A stretch of 63,958 nt of DNA, counting the filler. It is 4 parts of 4 records of this genome, joined end to end, with 100 filler letters (N's around TTAATTAATTAA, not from the genome) between each part and the next. Parts side by side here need not be neighbours in the genome. Positions count along the whole stretch, not along the records: positions 1 to 22,126 come from SRR22947725_5382; positions 22,227 to 36,584 come from SRR22947725_5385; 2 more parts are not named here. One strand, given 5' to 3'. The notes under the pieces were generated by a model, which made no database searches, had not been told where the DNA came from, and saw only the letters and a program-made list of their open reading frames with translations. This document shows, piece after piece, positions 21,755-33,372 of this stretch. The translations under genes and the position numbers were made by a program. Every line of letters begins with the position of its first letter. The first letter of the stretch is position 1.

Positions 21755-22126
21755 GTGAAATTTGTCGGAGCATGTGAATATGATGGCTCTAGCTTTTCAG
21801 GATTTCAATCTCAAAAAAATGCTCAATCTGTTCAAGGTACCCTTGAAAAAGCCATCTCATCTGTAGGTCGGCTAACCAATACAATAAATTATTCAGGCAG
21901 AACAGATGCTGGTGTTCATTCTCTTGGGCAAGTATTTGATTTTGAATCAGTAGATAGTAGAACCATTGAGCAATGGTTGAGGGGCATAAACTCTGCCTTG
22001 CCTGACTCTGTGTCTGTAACTTCATTGCAAGAAGCACCCAAAGATTTTCATTCTAGGTTTGATGCTATCAAAAGAATCTATGCATACATTATTTATACTG
22101 GCTCTACTCGACCAATTTTTTTAAAA
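21755..22126 (+). CDS. truA: tRNA pseudouridine(38-40) synthase, partial (cut by contig end)
   Basis: EYDGS.FSGFQ.Q, SGRTDAGVH, FHSRFDA. Confidence 0.93.
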
Positions 22127-22226
22127 NNNNNNNNNNNNNNNNNNNNNNNNNNNNNNNNNNNNNNNNNNNNTTAATTAATTAANNNNNNNNNNNNNNNNNN
22201 NNNNNNNNNNNNNNNNNNNNNNNNNN
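22127..22226. other. Artificial contig linker (N44-TTAATTAATTAA-N44)
   Basis: 100-bp spacer with a six-frame stop core; genes are truncated on both sides. Confidence 0.98.
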
Positions 22227-22312
22227 ATATTTTCTTCAATTAAATAATCAAAAGTATCGTTAAATGGGCCAATTAATAATACAGCTACTTCTTTTGTTTT
22301 AATGCTTTTCAT
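22227..22312 (-). CDS. priA: Primosomal protein N' N-terminus, partial
   Basis: Minus strand reads MKSIKTKEVAVLLIGPFNDTFDYLIEEN (V..P....FDY resembles the PriA start); priA next to fsa/xerC is a familiar alphaproteobacterial arrangement. Confidence 0.6.
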
Positions 22313-22438
22313 TTATTAACTTAATCTAAATATTTAAATATTAATTTTAGTTATCATTATAGACATAATGTATTATAAAATATAGATAACGAAATATTAG
22401 TTTTATGAAAGCACATAAAAATCTAAAAAGGACTAAGA

Positions 22439-23092
22439 ATGGAATTATTTATAGATACTGCAGAAATTGATGAAATTAAGTCCCTCAATATTACTGGATT
22501 AATTGATGGCGTAACAACAAATCCCTCTTTAATTGCTAAATCTGGACGAAATATTATTGAAACCATTGAAGAAATTTGTAACGAAGTGTCTGGACCAGTT
22601 AGTGCAGAAGTTACCGCAACAGATTTTGAAACAATGATTAAAGAAGGGCGAAAGCTCTCTGCTATTGCTCAAAACGTTGCAATTAAAGTTCCTTTAACAT
22701 TTGATGGTCTAAGAGCTTGTAAAGTTTTCTCTGAAGATGGAATTATGGTTAATGTGACTTTATGTTTTAATTCAGCTCAAGCCATATTAGCTGCAAAAGC
22801 AGGAGCGTCTTTTATATCACCTTTTATAGGTCGCTTAGACGACATTGGGTCCGATGGTATAAATTTAATTTCTGAAATAACAGAAATATATGACATTCAT
22901 GGTTTTGAAACTAAAGTTTTAGCCGCTTCAATAAGAAGTGTTCAAGACATTATAGATTCTGCTAAATTTGGTGCAGATGTTGCTACTATTCCACCTAAGT
23001 TCTTGAAAGCTATGTACAACCATCCACTTACTGACAAAGGTTTAGCAGATTTCTTAGCAGATTGGAAAAAAACTGGGCAATCAATATTATAG
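22439..23092 (+). CDS. fsa: Transaldolase / fructose-6-phosphate aldolase
   Basis: [44 protein letters not shown]. Confidence 0.93.
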   Translation: MELFIDTAEIDEIKSLNITGLIDGVTTNPSLIAKSGRNIIETIEEICNEVSGPVSAEVTATDFETMIKEGRKLSAIAQNVAIKVPLTFDGLRACKVFSEDGIMVNVTLCFNSAQAILAAKAGASFISPFIGRLDDIGSDGINLISEITEIYDIHGFETKVLAASIRSVQDIIDSAKFGADVATIPPKFLKAMYNHPLTDKGLADFLADWKKTGQSIL

Positions 23093-23099
23093 TTAATTA

Positions 23100-24017
23100 A
23101 TGGTAACATTAAAAAAAAATAATTTTACAGATTATACAATTAGTATAATTGAACCATGGATAGAATACCTCGAGACTATTCGTGGTTTTGGAACACATAC
23201 ACTGAATGCATATAAAAGAGACGTTTTAGATTTTTTAAAATTTTGTAACAACGAAAAACATAATTTCTTAGCCCCTAATAAACAGGTAATCAGAGAATAT
23301 CTTTTTAATCTGTCAGAACGAAAATTATCCAGACCAACAGTAGCAAGAAGAATATCTAGTTTAAAAAATTTTTTCAAATTTTTACTAAAAGATAAAACCA
23401 TTTCAACACTTGATGTATCAATTTTCAAAAGTCCAAAGCTGAAAAGAAATTTTCCAAAATCAATCGATTCAAATTTAGTTACAAAGGCATTGTTCTCTTT
23501 AATAGATGAAAAAAATCATGCCTGGATAAATCTACGTGATAGAGCAGTAATGTTACTATTATATGGAGCAGGCTTAAGAATTAGTGAGGCTTTATCTCTT
23601 AAAAAAAAAGAAGCTCCCAGAGGTGATTGGTTAAGGGTTCTTGGAAAAGGTAATAAATATAGAGATGTTCCTTTACTGCCTATAATTTGTGATGGTGTTA
23701 AAGATTACTTAGATCTTTGTCCATTTAATGTTCAAGAAGACGGTCCTCTTTTCCTTGGAAAAAGAGGAGGAGTATTATCTCCTCGAATTATCCAAAGAAG
23801 AGTAGAAAACTTAAGATATGAACTAGGCTTGCCTTCTCACACCACACCACATGCTTTAAGACATGCATTTGCAACTCATTTATTATCTGGAGGAGCTGAC
23901 TTAAGAGCTATACAGCAACTTTTAGGTCATTCAAGTTTATCTACAACTCAAAGATACACTGACGTTAATGAGACAGAACTCCTAAGTTTGCATAAAGCAA
24001 TTCATCCTAGATCATAA
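23100..24017 (+). CDS. xerC: Tyrosine recombinase XerC
   Basis: LLYGAGLRISEAL, GKGNK.R, TPHALRHAFATHLL.GGADLR.IQ.LLGHSSLSTTQ.Y; housekeeping context. Confidence 0.88.
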   Translation: MVTLKKNNFTDYTISIIEPWIEYLETIRGFGTHTLNAYKRDVLDFLKFCNNEKHNFLAPNKQVIREYLFNLSERKLSRPTVARRISSLKNFFKFLLKDKTISTLDVSIFKSPKLKRNFPKSIDSNLVTKALFSLIDEKNHAWINLRDRAVMLLLYGAGLRISEALSLKKKEAPRGDWLRVLGKGNKYRDVPLLPIICDGVKDYLDLCPFNVQEDGPLFLGKRGGVLSPRIIQRRVENLRYELGLPSHTTPHALRHAFATHLLSGGADLRAIQQLLGHSSLSTTQRYTDVNETELLSLHKAIHPRS

Positions 24018-24058
24018 AAGAGGCAATTAATCTATATTTATTAACCGCCTCTTTTTTT
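24016..24058. terminator. Probable bidirectional intrinsic terminator between xerC and katG
   Basis: AAAAGAGGC...GCCTCTTTTTTT inverted repeat flanked by A and T runs, between convergent genes. Confidence 0.7.
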
Positions 24059-24064
24059 GTAATA

Positions 24065-26227
<2,163 letters not shown>

Positions 26228-26239
26228 TTATAAGTAATG

Positions 26240-26268
26240 AAAATATGAATTGTATTTATATATGTCAA
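26240..26268 (-). promoter_or_regulatory. Sigma70-type promoter of katG
   Basis: Minus-strand TTGACA (26263-26268), 17-bp spacer, TATTTT (26240-26245). Confidence 0.6.
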
Positions 26269-26272
26269 GTAG

Positions 26273-26289
26273 TTTAGAACTATTTTAAA
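26273..26289. promoter_or_regulatory. Iron control element (ICE / Irr box)
   Basis: TTTAGAA-CTA-TTTTAAA, one mismatch to the TTTAGAA-N3-TTCTAAA Irr consensus; lies between irr and the katG -35. Confidence 0.75.
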
Positions 26290-26299
26290 GTAAATTAAA

Positions 26300-26698
26300 T
26301 CAATTATTTTTCTTAATTTTTATAATAATATCAACACCGCTGTTGATGTAACCTTTTGGAATTTCAGGAAGCTTTAGAAGACGTATCTGATTATTTTTAA
26401 TGTCTGTTAACTCGCCAGTTTCTTCATCTAAAAAGTGATGATGAAAATCCATATTAGTATCAAAAATTGCAGTGTCATTTACACTTTCAACTTGATTAAT
26501 AAGGCCAACATTTTTAAATTTTTTAAGGCAGTTATATACTGTTGCTATTGACATTTTATTTCCAGATAAGTTTATCTCATCCAGGAGATTTTCCGCTGTA
26601 AAATGTCTATTTGAACCATTAAAGAGTAAATCAGCTATTATTATCCTTTGATTAGTTGGTCGTAACCCTGCATTTCTTAATTTTATTTTACTTTGCAT
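26300..26698 (-). CDS. irr: Fur-family iron response regulator Irr
   Basis: GLRPT.QR...LLF....RHFTAE, S.ATVYN, FDTN...HHHF (HHH heme motif); lacks the CxxC motifs of Fur/Zur/PerR. Confidence 0.85.
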   Translation of the reverse strand: MQSKIKLRNAGLRPTNQRIIIADLLFNGSNRHFTAENLLDEINLSGNKMSIATVYNCLKKFKNVGLINQVESVNDTAIFDTNMDFHHHFLDEETGELTDIKNNQIRLLKLPEIPKGYINSGVDIIIKIKKNN

Positions 26699-26832
26699 AA
26701 CTTATTACTTAATCATTGAAACGTAATTTAATTAAATCAATTAAAATTATACACAAATATTGTCAAGTTAATAGATTCTATCTTTACGAAATCTATACAA
26801 AATGAGATCATATGTAAATAGAGGAGAAAAAC

Positions 26833-28254
26833 ATGACTAGGCCTAATGATCTCAGCGCGACTGAAGCCAGAAAGTTAATAGGAAACAAGCAACTTTCTCC
26901 TTTAGAATTAACGAAAAGCTGCATTGATCAAATTGAAAGATATAATCCATCAATAAACGCTGTTGTTGCTATAAATCATGAAGATGTTTTAAAAGAAGCT
27001 AAAAAAGCAGAAGATGACGTGATGGCAGGAAAAGAACTAGGTTTGCTTCATGGCCTTCCTGTTGGAATTAAAGACTTAAATCCTGTCAAAGACTTACGGT
27101 CAACTTCAGGTTCAAAGTTATTTGAAAACAGAATTCCTGATTATGACGATAGTGTTGTAGCAGATATAAGAGCTGAAGGCGGCATAGTTTTTTGTAAAAC
27201 TAACACCCCAGAATTTGGAGCTGGAGCAAACACAAAAAACAAGGTTTACGGCGCAACATGCAACCCGTTTGATTTAACGAAAACTCCTGCAGGTTCGTCG
27301 GGTGGCAGCGCTGCAGCGTTAGCTACCAACATGATGCCACTCGCAAATGGAAGTGATTATGGTGGTAGCTTAAGAACTCCTGCTGGTTATTGTGGAGTAA
27401 CAGGATTTAGACCTTCTCCTGGCCTAGTTCCAGCAACAGAGGCATCTGTTTCACTAAACCCTTTTTCAGTTCAAGGACCAATGGGAAGAGATGTTTCAGA
27501 CACTTACCTATTATTACAAGCTCAAGTTAACTTAAATAGGGCGGACCCTTTTTCTAGTCTAAATAGTTTATCAATGCCTGACGAATTAATTGGAGCAGAC
27601 TTATCAGGTGTTAAAATGGCATATTCGCCTGACTTAGGCTGTGCCCCTGTAGACAATAATATCAAAGCTACTCTGTTAGAAAAAATAAATCTGTTTAAAA
27701 GTAATTTTCTTCTTTCAAAAGAAGATCATCCAGATTTTTTAGATATACATGACTGTTTTGAAATTATAAGAGGTTTTAATTTTGTTGCATCTCATAAAGA
27801 CAAATTTGATCATCACAAAGATTTACTAGGACCAAATGTAATAGATAACGTTGAACGAGGATTAAAATACAGCCTTGCAGATGTTTCTTGGGCACATGTA
27901 ATGCAAACAAAAATTTATAAGAGTTTTCGTAATTTTTTTAATGAATATGATGTTTTAATCTGTCCAGCAGCTGCTGTTTCACCTTACCCTCACAAACAAT
28001 TATTTGTAGATACCATTAATGGTGAAAAAATGCCCACCTATATGCGATGGTTAGCACTGAGTTATGCGTCTACTATGGCTATTCCATGTGTTTGGGCGCT
28101 ACCTTGTGGATTAGATCATAAAGAGATGCCTTTTGGGATTCAATTGATTGCGCCTGCTGGCAAAGATGTTCAATTATCAGAAATTGCAAAAAGTTTGGAA
28201 TCTGTTTTAATGGTTAATAAATTAACTAAAAGACCAGTACCAGAGATAAAATAA
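26833..28254 (+). CDS. Amidase signature family enzyme
   Basis: GIKD (Lys), KTNTPEFG, GSSGGSAAA, GSDYGGSLR (Ser nucleophile). Confidence 0.92.
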   Translation: MTRPNDLSATEARKLIGNKQLSPLELTKSCIDQIERYNPSINAVVAINHEDVLKEAKKAEDDVMAGKELGLLHGLPVGIKDLNPVKDLRSTSGSKLFENRIPDYDDSVVADIRAEGGIVFCKTNTPEFGAGANTKNKVYGATCNPFDLTKTPAGSSGGSAAALATNMMPLANGSDYGGSLRTPAGYCGVTGFRPSPGLVPATEASVSLNPFSVQGPMGRDVSDTYLLLQAQVNLNRADPFSSLNSLSMPDELIGADLSGVKMAYSPDLGCAPVDNNIKATLLEKINLFKSNFLLSKEDHPDFLDIHDCFEIIRGFNFVASHKDKFDHHKDLLGPNVIDNVERGLKYSLADVSWAHVMQTKIYKSFRNFFNEYDVLICPAAAVSPYPHKQLFVDTINGEKMPTYMRWLALSYASTMAIPCVWALPCGLDHKEMPFGIQLIAPAGKDVQLSEIAKSLESVLMVNKLTKRPVPEIK

Positions 28255-28270
28255 CTTAACTTAACTTAAC
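28252..28270 (+). repeat. Short tandem repeat (TAACT) x3.8
   Basis: TAACT TAACT TAACT TAAC, beginning at the amidase stop codon. Confidence 0.7.
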
Positions 28271-28282
28271 AAGGTTAATAGG

Positions 28283-29176
28283 ATGAACGGCATTAATTCT
28301 GAAAAATTACATGAAATTAAAGTTTTTTTTGATAAGACGACATCTACACTAAGTTATGTAGTTTATGATGAGCTAGAAAAAGAATGTGCGGTTATTGATA
28401 GTGTTCTAGATTTTGATTATTCGTCTGGGGATATAGATTATGTAAACGCTGACAAAATAATATCTTTCATAAATGACAAAAAACTGAACCTAGAATGGCT
28501 TATTGAAACTCACGTCCATGCAGATCACCTCTCAGCATCTCCTTATATTCAAAATAAACTTGGAGGTAAGATTGGTATTTCTGAAAATATCTCGGACATC
28601 CAAAATATTTTTGGCAAGACATTTAACGCTGGAACAGAGTTTCAAAGAGATGGAAGCCAGTTTGATAAACTATTTAGAGAGGGTGATCAATATAAAATTG
28701 GTAGAATTCAGTGCAAGGTAATTCATACACCTGGTCATACGCCCGCCTGCAACGCTCATGTGATAGGCAACTCTATTTTTGTTGGAGACACTTTATTTAT
28801 GCCTGATCTAGGAAGTGCAAGGGCTGATTTTCCAGGCGGTGATGCTCGACAACTTTATAAATCAATTCAGAAAATCTTAAGCTTCCCCGACGAAACTGAA
28901 ATGTTTGTTTGTCACGATTATCCACCCTCAACTAGAGAAGTGAAATGGTCTACAACTGTTGGAGAACAGAAAAAAAACAACATTCATGTTAAAACATCAA
29001 TCAGTGAAGATGAGTTTGTAAAAATAAGAGAAGAAAGAGATAAAACATTAAATATGCCAAAACTTATTATCCCATCTATTCAAGTTAATATGAGAGCAGG
29101 ACATCTTCCACCGCCTGAGGAAGATGGGAAAATTTACATAAAAGTACCAATTAATAGTATGAAAAATCTAATCTAG
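28283..29176 (+). CDS. MBL-fold persulfide dioxygenase / Blh-like protein
   Basis: ETHVHADH, HTPGHTPAC, GDTLFMPD.GSARADFPGG, CHDY, P.LI.PS.QVNMRAG. Confidence 0.85.
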   Translation: MNGINSEKLHEIKVFFDKTTSTLSYVVYDELEKECAVIDSVLDFDYSSGDIDYVNADKIISFINDKKLNLEWLIETHVHADHLSASPYIQNKLGGKIGISENISDIQNIFGKTFNAGTEFQRDGSQFDKLFREGDQYKIGRIQCKVIHTPGHTPACNAHVIGNSIFVGDTLFMPDLGSARADFPGGDARQLYKSIQKILSFPDETEMFVCHDYPPSTREVKWSTTVGEQKKNNIHVKTSISEDEFVKIREERDKTLNMPKLIIPSIQVNMRAGHLPPPEEDGKIYIKVPINSMKNLI

Positions 29177-30481
29177 TTCTTTAAGTATTGATTGGACAAT
29201 TTCAAAAATTTTGTCGATATCATGCTTTTCTGCAATAAGAGGTGGTGAAAAAGCTAGTGTATCTGCCGTAACTCTTAACATTAAACCTTTGTGCCAAGCT
29301 TTTTTCATCGCTTCATAGCCTCTTGCTCCAACTGCTCCAGGCCGTGGGGCAATCTCTATTGCTGCCACAAGTCCTAAATTTCTTATATCTATAACATTTT
29401 TGTCATTTTTAAGTTGATGGATAACACTTTCCAAGTATTTTGCTGTTTTACCAGCTTTATTGAATAAATCTTCATCTCTGTAAATATCTAAAGCTGCAAG
29501 TCCAGCTGCAGATGCAATCGGATGTCCAGAATATGTGTAACCATGAAAAAGCTCTATAGGCATATCTGCTTCATCCATCATAGTGTCATATATTTTTTTT
29601 GAAACAACTGCGGCTCCCATAGGAATAATCCCGTTTGTGATTGCTTTTGCACATGAAATAATATCAGGGGTAACTCCAAAATATTCTGATGCAGTAGCTG
29701 TTCCTAATCGACCAAAACCTGTTATAACTTCATCAAATATTAATAAAATGTCATGCTTGTCGCAAATTTCTCTTAATCTTTTTAAGTAATTTTTTGGAGG
29801 TGGCAAAACCCCAGTAGAACCTGCAATAGGCTCAACAATAACCGAAGCAATTGTAGAGGCATCATGAAGGGCAACTATATTTTCCAATGTATCAGCTAAA
29901 TAATCACCATGTTCAGGAGAACCTTTAGAGAATTTATTTTTATCCGGCAAATGAGTATGAGATATATGATCAACCCCAGAAAGAAGTGTTCCAAAATATT
30001 GTCTATTTCTTGGCATACCTCCTACAGAAATACCTCCAAAGCCGACGCCATGATAGCCTCTTTCACGACCAATCAAACGTGTTTTTGTTCCCTTACCTCT
30101 TGCTCTATGATAAGCCAAAGCTATTTTGAGAGTACTATCGACCGCTTCAGATCCGGAGTTTGTAAAAAACACATGGTCTAAACCTTTGGGAAATAAATCA
30201 GCAACACGACTTGCAAGTTCAAAAGCCTTAGGATGCCCATATTGGAAACTAGGTGCGAAGTCTAAGGTAGCTGCTTGTTGAGAAATAGCTGAAGTGATTT
30301 CGGGCCTGTTATGTCCAGCATTTACACACCATAATCCTGCGGCGCTATCAAGAATATCTTTGCCAGTTTCACTTTTGTAATACATGCCATCAGCTGATAC
30401 AACCATTCTGGGATCTTTTTTAAAATCCCTATTAGCCGTAAAAGGCATCCAATAAGATTCTAAGTCATTTAATCTTTTCAT
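29168..30481 (-). CDS. Omega-amino acid (beta-alanine):pyruvate aminotransferase, class III PLP
   Basis: YWMPFTANR.FK..PR, GLWCVNAGH, FDEVITGFGR.G, ELFHGYTYSGHP. Start at ATG 30481 with GGAGG RBS. Confidence 0.9.
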   Translation of the reverse strand: MKRLNDLESYWMPFTANRDFKKDPRMVVSADGMYYKSETGKDILDSAAGLWCVNAGHNRPEITSAISQQAATLDFAPSFQYGHPKAFELASRVADLFPKGLDHVFFTNSGSEAVDSTLKIALAYHRARGKGTKTRLIGRERGYHGVGFGGISVGGMPRNRQYFGTLLSGVDHISHTHLPDKNKFSKGSPEHGDYLADTLENIVALHDASTIASVIVEPIAGSTGVLPPPKNYLKRLREICDKHDILLIFDEVITGFGRLGTATASEYFGVTPDIISCAKAITNGIIPMGAAVVSKKIYDTMMDEADMPIELFHGYTYSGHPIASAAGLAALDIYRDEDLFNKAGKTAKYLESVIHQLKNDKNVIDIRNLGLVAAIEIAPRPGAVGARGYEAMKKAWHKGLMLRVTADTLAFSPPLIAEKHDIDKIFEIVQSILKELD

Positions 30482-30561
30482 AATTAACCTCCACAAGCTA
30501 AACTAGAAGAAAGAAAATTTTCTTATATATTACTCTGACAACATGATTTGATAAGGTCAAG

Positions 30562-31704
30562 TTATAGGTTTTGTTCACTATTAAATAAGTGGTTATGAGC
30601 ACCAAGTGCTGGAGCTTTTTCAACTACTTTATTGTCCCTAAACTGATTATCTATAGGTAAAGGTAATGCAGGAATTTCAGAACTATTTTCATTCATAATT
30701 TTCTTAGAAAAGATATCTCTTATTTTGAAATGATTATCACTAATTGCTTCTTCCATAGACTTGACTATTGAACAACAACAATCTGCTTCAGCAAAAATTT
30801 CAAACCATTGATTCTTGTCTTTTAAGACAATAAGTTCTCTTACTTTTTGAATAACTTCATTTTGATTATCATTCATTTTAATATACTTTTCTGGCAAATC
30901 TATAGCTTCACAAAACTTATTCCAAAAACGATCTTCTAGAGGAGCCGCAGCAACATAACCCCCATCTCTAGTTTTATAAATATTATATCTTGGTGACCCT
31001 CCCGATAGAACTGAATCTGAATTACCTGGCCAAACATTTTTTGAAAACCCAGAACCTAGACCCCAAAACATAAAAGGAAAAAGATTATCTGTCATCGATA
31101 TGTCTATAAAAGACCCCGTCTCGTTGATGTCTCTTTTTCTTAAAGCCAATAAAATATTAATTACGGCTGGGTAGGACCCACCAGCTATATCCGCAACAAG
31201 GGCTGGTGGGACAATGGTATTATTGTCACTTCCCATACTTAAACTTAACAAACCTGTATTACCAATATAATTTAAATCATGACCAGCATCCATACTTTTA
31301 GGGCCAGTTTGTCCATAACCAGTAATAGACACATAAATTAATTTTTTATTAATTTTACTCAAAGTTTCATAGTCTAAACCAAGTCTTTTCATTACACCTG
31401 GTCTGAATTGTTCAATAATTATATCCGCTTTTTTTATCAATGGTTTAAGGATCTTAAAACTATCTGGATCTTTTAAATCTAACGCTAAACTTTTTTTTCC
31501 TCGGTTAAGCATTGAAAAAGAAGCGCTTTGACCACCCCATTTTGGGTAAGATGTTCTTATCTCATCACCAACTTCAGGTCTTTCAATTTTAATCACTTCT
31601 GCCCCAGTTTCAGCAAGGAATAAACTAGCAAGAGGCCCAGGTAAAAGCGTTGAAAAATCTAAAACTTTTATACCTGATAAGGAGCCTTTTATTGTTTCAT
31701 CCAT
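30562..31704 (-). CDS. CaiB/BaiF family III CoA-transferase (AMACR-like)
   Basis: VLDFSTLLPGP, NRGKKS.ALDLK, EQFRPGVM.RLGL, AGHDLNY, ADIAGG. Confidence 0.9.
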   Translation of the reverse strand: MDETIKGSLSGIKVLDFSTLLPGPLASLFLAETGAEVIKIERPEVGDEIRTSYPKWGGQSASFSMLNRGKKSLALDLKDPDSFKILKPLIKKADIIIEQFRPGVMKRLGLDYETLSKINKKLIYVSITGYGQTGPKSMDAGHDLNYIGNTGLLSLSMGSDNNTIVPPALVADIAGGSYPAVINILLALRKRDINETGSFIDISMTDNLFPFMFWGLGSGFSKNVWPGNSDSVLSGGSPRYNIYKTRDGGYVAAAPLEDRFWNKFCEAIDLPEKYIKMNDNQNEVIQKVRELIVLKDKNQWFEIFAEADCCCSIVKSMEEAISDNHFKIRDIFSKKIMNENSSEIPALPLPIDNQFRDNKVVEKAPALGAHNHLFNSEQNL

Positions 31705-31722
31705 ACTTAGTTCCCTAATAAA

Positions 31723-32856
31723 TTATATCAGATCTCTTCGACTTAAATTTTTAATCATAGACGCTATTCCAAATTCCCATTGTGGACAAGCTGTGGATAA
31801 ATTAACAAAATTAATTAATTCTCCTAAGTTAGATTCAGAAATTGTTACTTTATCTCCAATTTTGTGAGTAAAACCTTCTCCAGGAATGTCTCTGTCTTCA
31901 GTTGGAGCAAACAAAGTTCCTAAAAACAACATAAATCCATCTGGATATTGATGGTGTTTTCCAATAGTTTGATTTACAAGATCCTCTGGATCTCTACTGA
32001 TCTCTGACATTGAACTAGATCCATTTAATACATATCCTTCTTTACCCTCTACTTTTAGAGAAATATAGGCTGATTTCATATCTTCAAGAGTGTAACTATT
32101 GTCAAAAATTCTTATAAAAGGCCCAATAGAACAAGACGCGTTATTATCTTTAGCCTTACCCAAAAGCAAAGCTGAACGTCCTTCTACATCTCTGAGATTT
32201 ACATCATTACCTAATGTCGCTCCTTGTATTATACCTTTACTATTAACTGCCAAAACAATTTCAGGTTCAGGGTTGTTCCAATTTGAAATTGGATTTAATC
32301 CTACTTCAGACCCAAAACCAACTGATGATAAAGTTTGTGCTTTAGTAAAAACTTCAGCATCTTTTCCTATGCCAACTTCTAGATATTGAGACCACAATCC
32401 TTCACTAATGAGAGCTTTTTTTACTTCCGAAGCTTTTTCTGAACCAGGGACAATGTCTTGCAAGCTATCACCAATCAGTCCACCAATGTGATTTCTAAGG
32501 CTTTCTGCTTTCTTAGGATCACCAGCTGCCCTTTCTTCTATGACCCTCTCAACCATTGATTTAGCAAATGTCACACCGCACGCCTTAACAGCTTGAAAAT
32601 CACATGGCGCAAGAAGTGACATGTTGAATGTTCTTTTTAAACTTGTTTCAAAAAGTTCTTTTATGGAAATAACTTTTTCACCAACAGAACGGTCTAAATA
32701 TTCTTGAACGTTCTCTAATTCAAGCAAGTCTCTCATAGTAGGAATTTCTTTGGATGTTATGTCGAAGACAAAGCCATCCTTTATTTTAACTAAACATGGA
32801 CCACCCTTAGTCTGATCCCAAATTCTACCAACAAAACACCCTTCTGCATAATTCAT
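31723..32856 (-). CDS. xylX: FAH-family enzyme, XylX-like 2-keto-3-deoxy-pentonate dehydratase
   Basis: GVTFA.S..ERVIEERA.GD, GLWSQYLEV.IG.DAE.FTK, WNNPEPE, GNDVNLRD.EGRSALLL.KAKDNNASC and HQYPDGF match my recollection of Caulobacter XylX. Confidence 0.8.
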   Translation of the reverse strand: MNYAEGCFVGRIWDQTKGGPCLVKIKDGFVFDITSKEIPTMRDLLELENVQEYLDRSVGEKVISIKELFETSLKRTFNMSLLAPCDFQAVKACGVTFAKSMVERVIEERAAGDPKKAESLRNHIGGLIGDSLQDIVPGSEKASEVKKALISEGLWSQYLEVGIGKDAEVFTKAQTLSSVGFGSEVGLNPISNWNNPEPEIVLAVNSKGIIQGATLGNDVNLRDVEGRSALLLGKAKDNNASCSIGPFIRIFDNSYTLEDMKSAYISLKVEGKEGYVLNGSSSMSEISRDPEDLVNQTIGKHHQYPDGFMLFLGTLFAPTEDRDIPGEGFTHKIGDKVTISESNLGELINFVNLSTACPQWEFGIASMIKNLSRRDLI

Positions 32857-32983
32857 TTCTATCTCCTAATAAGATCTTCTTTAAATGCAACTTAGCCTAA
32901 TGACTAATATAAATGAAAATTTGAATAATCAAATTTAATTATATAATGTTAAAAAATTAAATTGATTATAAAGGGATATTTAA

Positions 32984-33361
32984 ATGAGTGCTTTTTTTGA
33001 ATTAAGAATATATCAAATTTTTCCTGGTAAAATGAATGAATGGCTATCTTTCATGGAAAAAACAATAATGCCATTTCAAGTAGAGCAGGGAATGGTAATA
33101 CATGGCAGTTTTGTGATGGATAGTTCTGACCAGTTTGCCCTTGAAAATGGTGAAAGAGTAATGAACTCTGAAAAAAAAGGTAACACGTATGTTTGGATTA
33201 GAAGATTTGAAAGCCAAGAAGAAAAAGTAAAGTTATATAAAGCCGTATACGAAAGCAAAGAATGGGTAGATAATATAGCCCCAACGGTTGCAAACTTAGT
33301 GGATAGAAATTCAATACTAGTACATAACTTAAGTTCTACTGCTTTATCAATTATGAAATAA
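32984..33361 (+). CDS. NIPSNAP family protein
   Basis: FFELRIY...PGK, YVWIRRFES, VYES.EW. Confidence 0.8.
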   Translation: MSAFFELRIYQIFPGKMNEWLSFMEKTIMPFQVEQGMVIHGSFVMDSSDQFALENGERVMNSEKKGNTYVWIRRFESQEEKVKLYKAVYESKEWVDNIAPTVANLVDRNSILVHNLSSTALSIMK

Positions 33362-33372
33362 AGGGCTTACCA

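Noticed and set aside
22171..22182. TTAATTAATTAA repeated three times in the window (also at 36629 and 43849)
   Set aside because: Always centred in N-runs of identical length; a synthetic six-frame-stop linker, not a biological repeat.
22355..22385. CATAATGTAT resembling part of a dif site upstream of fsa-xerC
   Set aside because: Spacing between the arms is 4 bp rather than 6 and there is no TTATGTTAAAT-like XerD arm; AT-rich background explains it.
23100..24017. Tyrosine recombinase as integrase of a katG/catabolic island
   Set aside because: Size, motifs and priA-fsa context indicate housekeeping XerC; no att repeats or tRNA seen.
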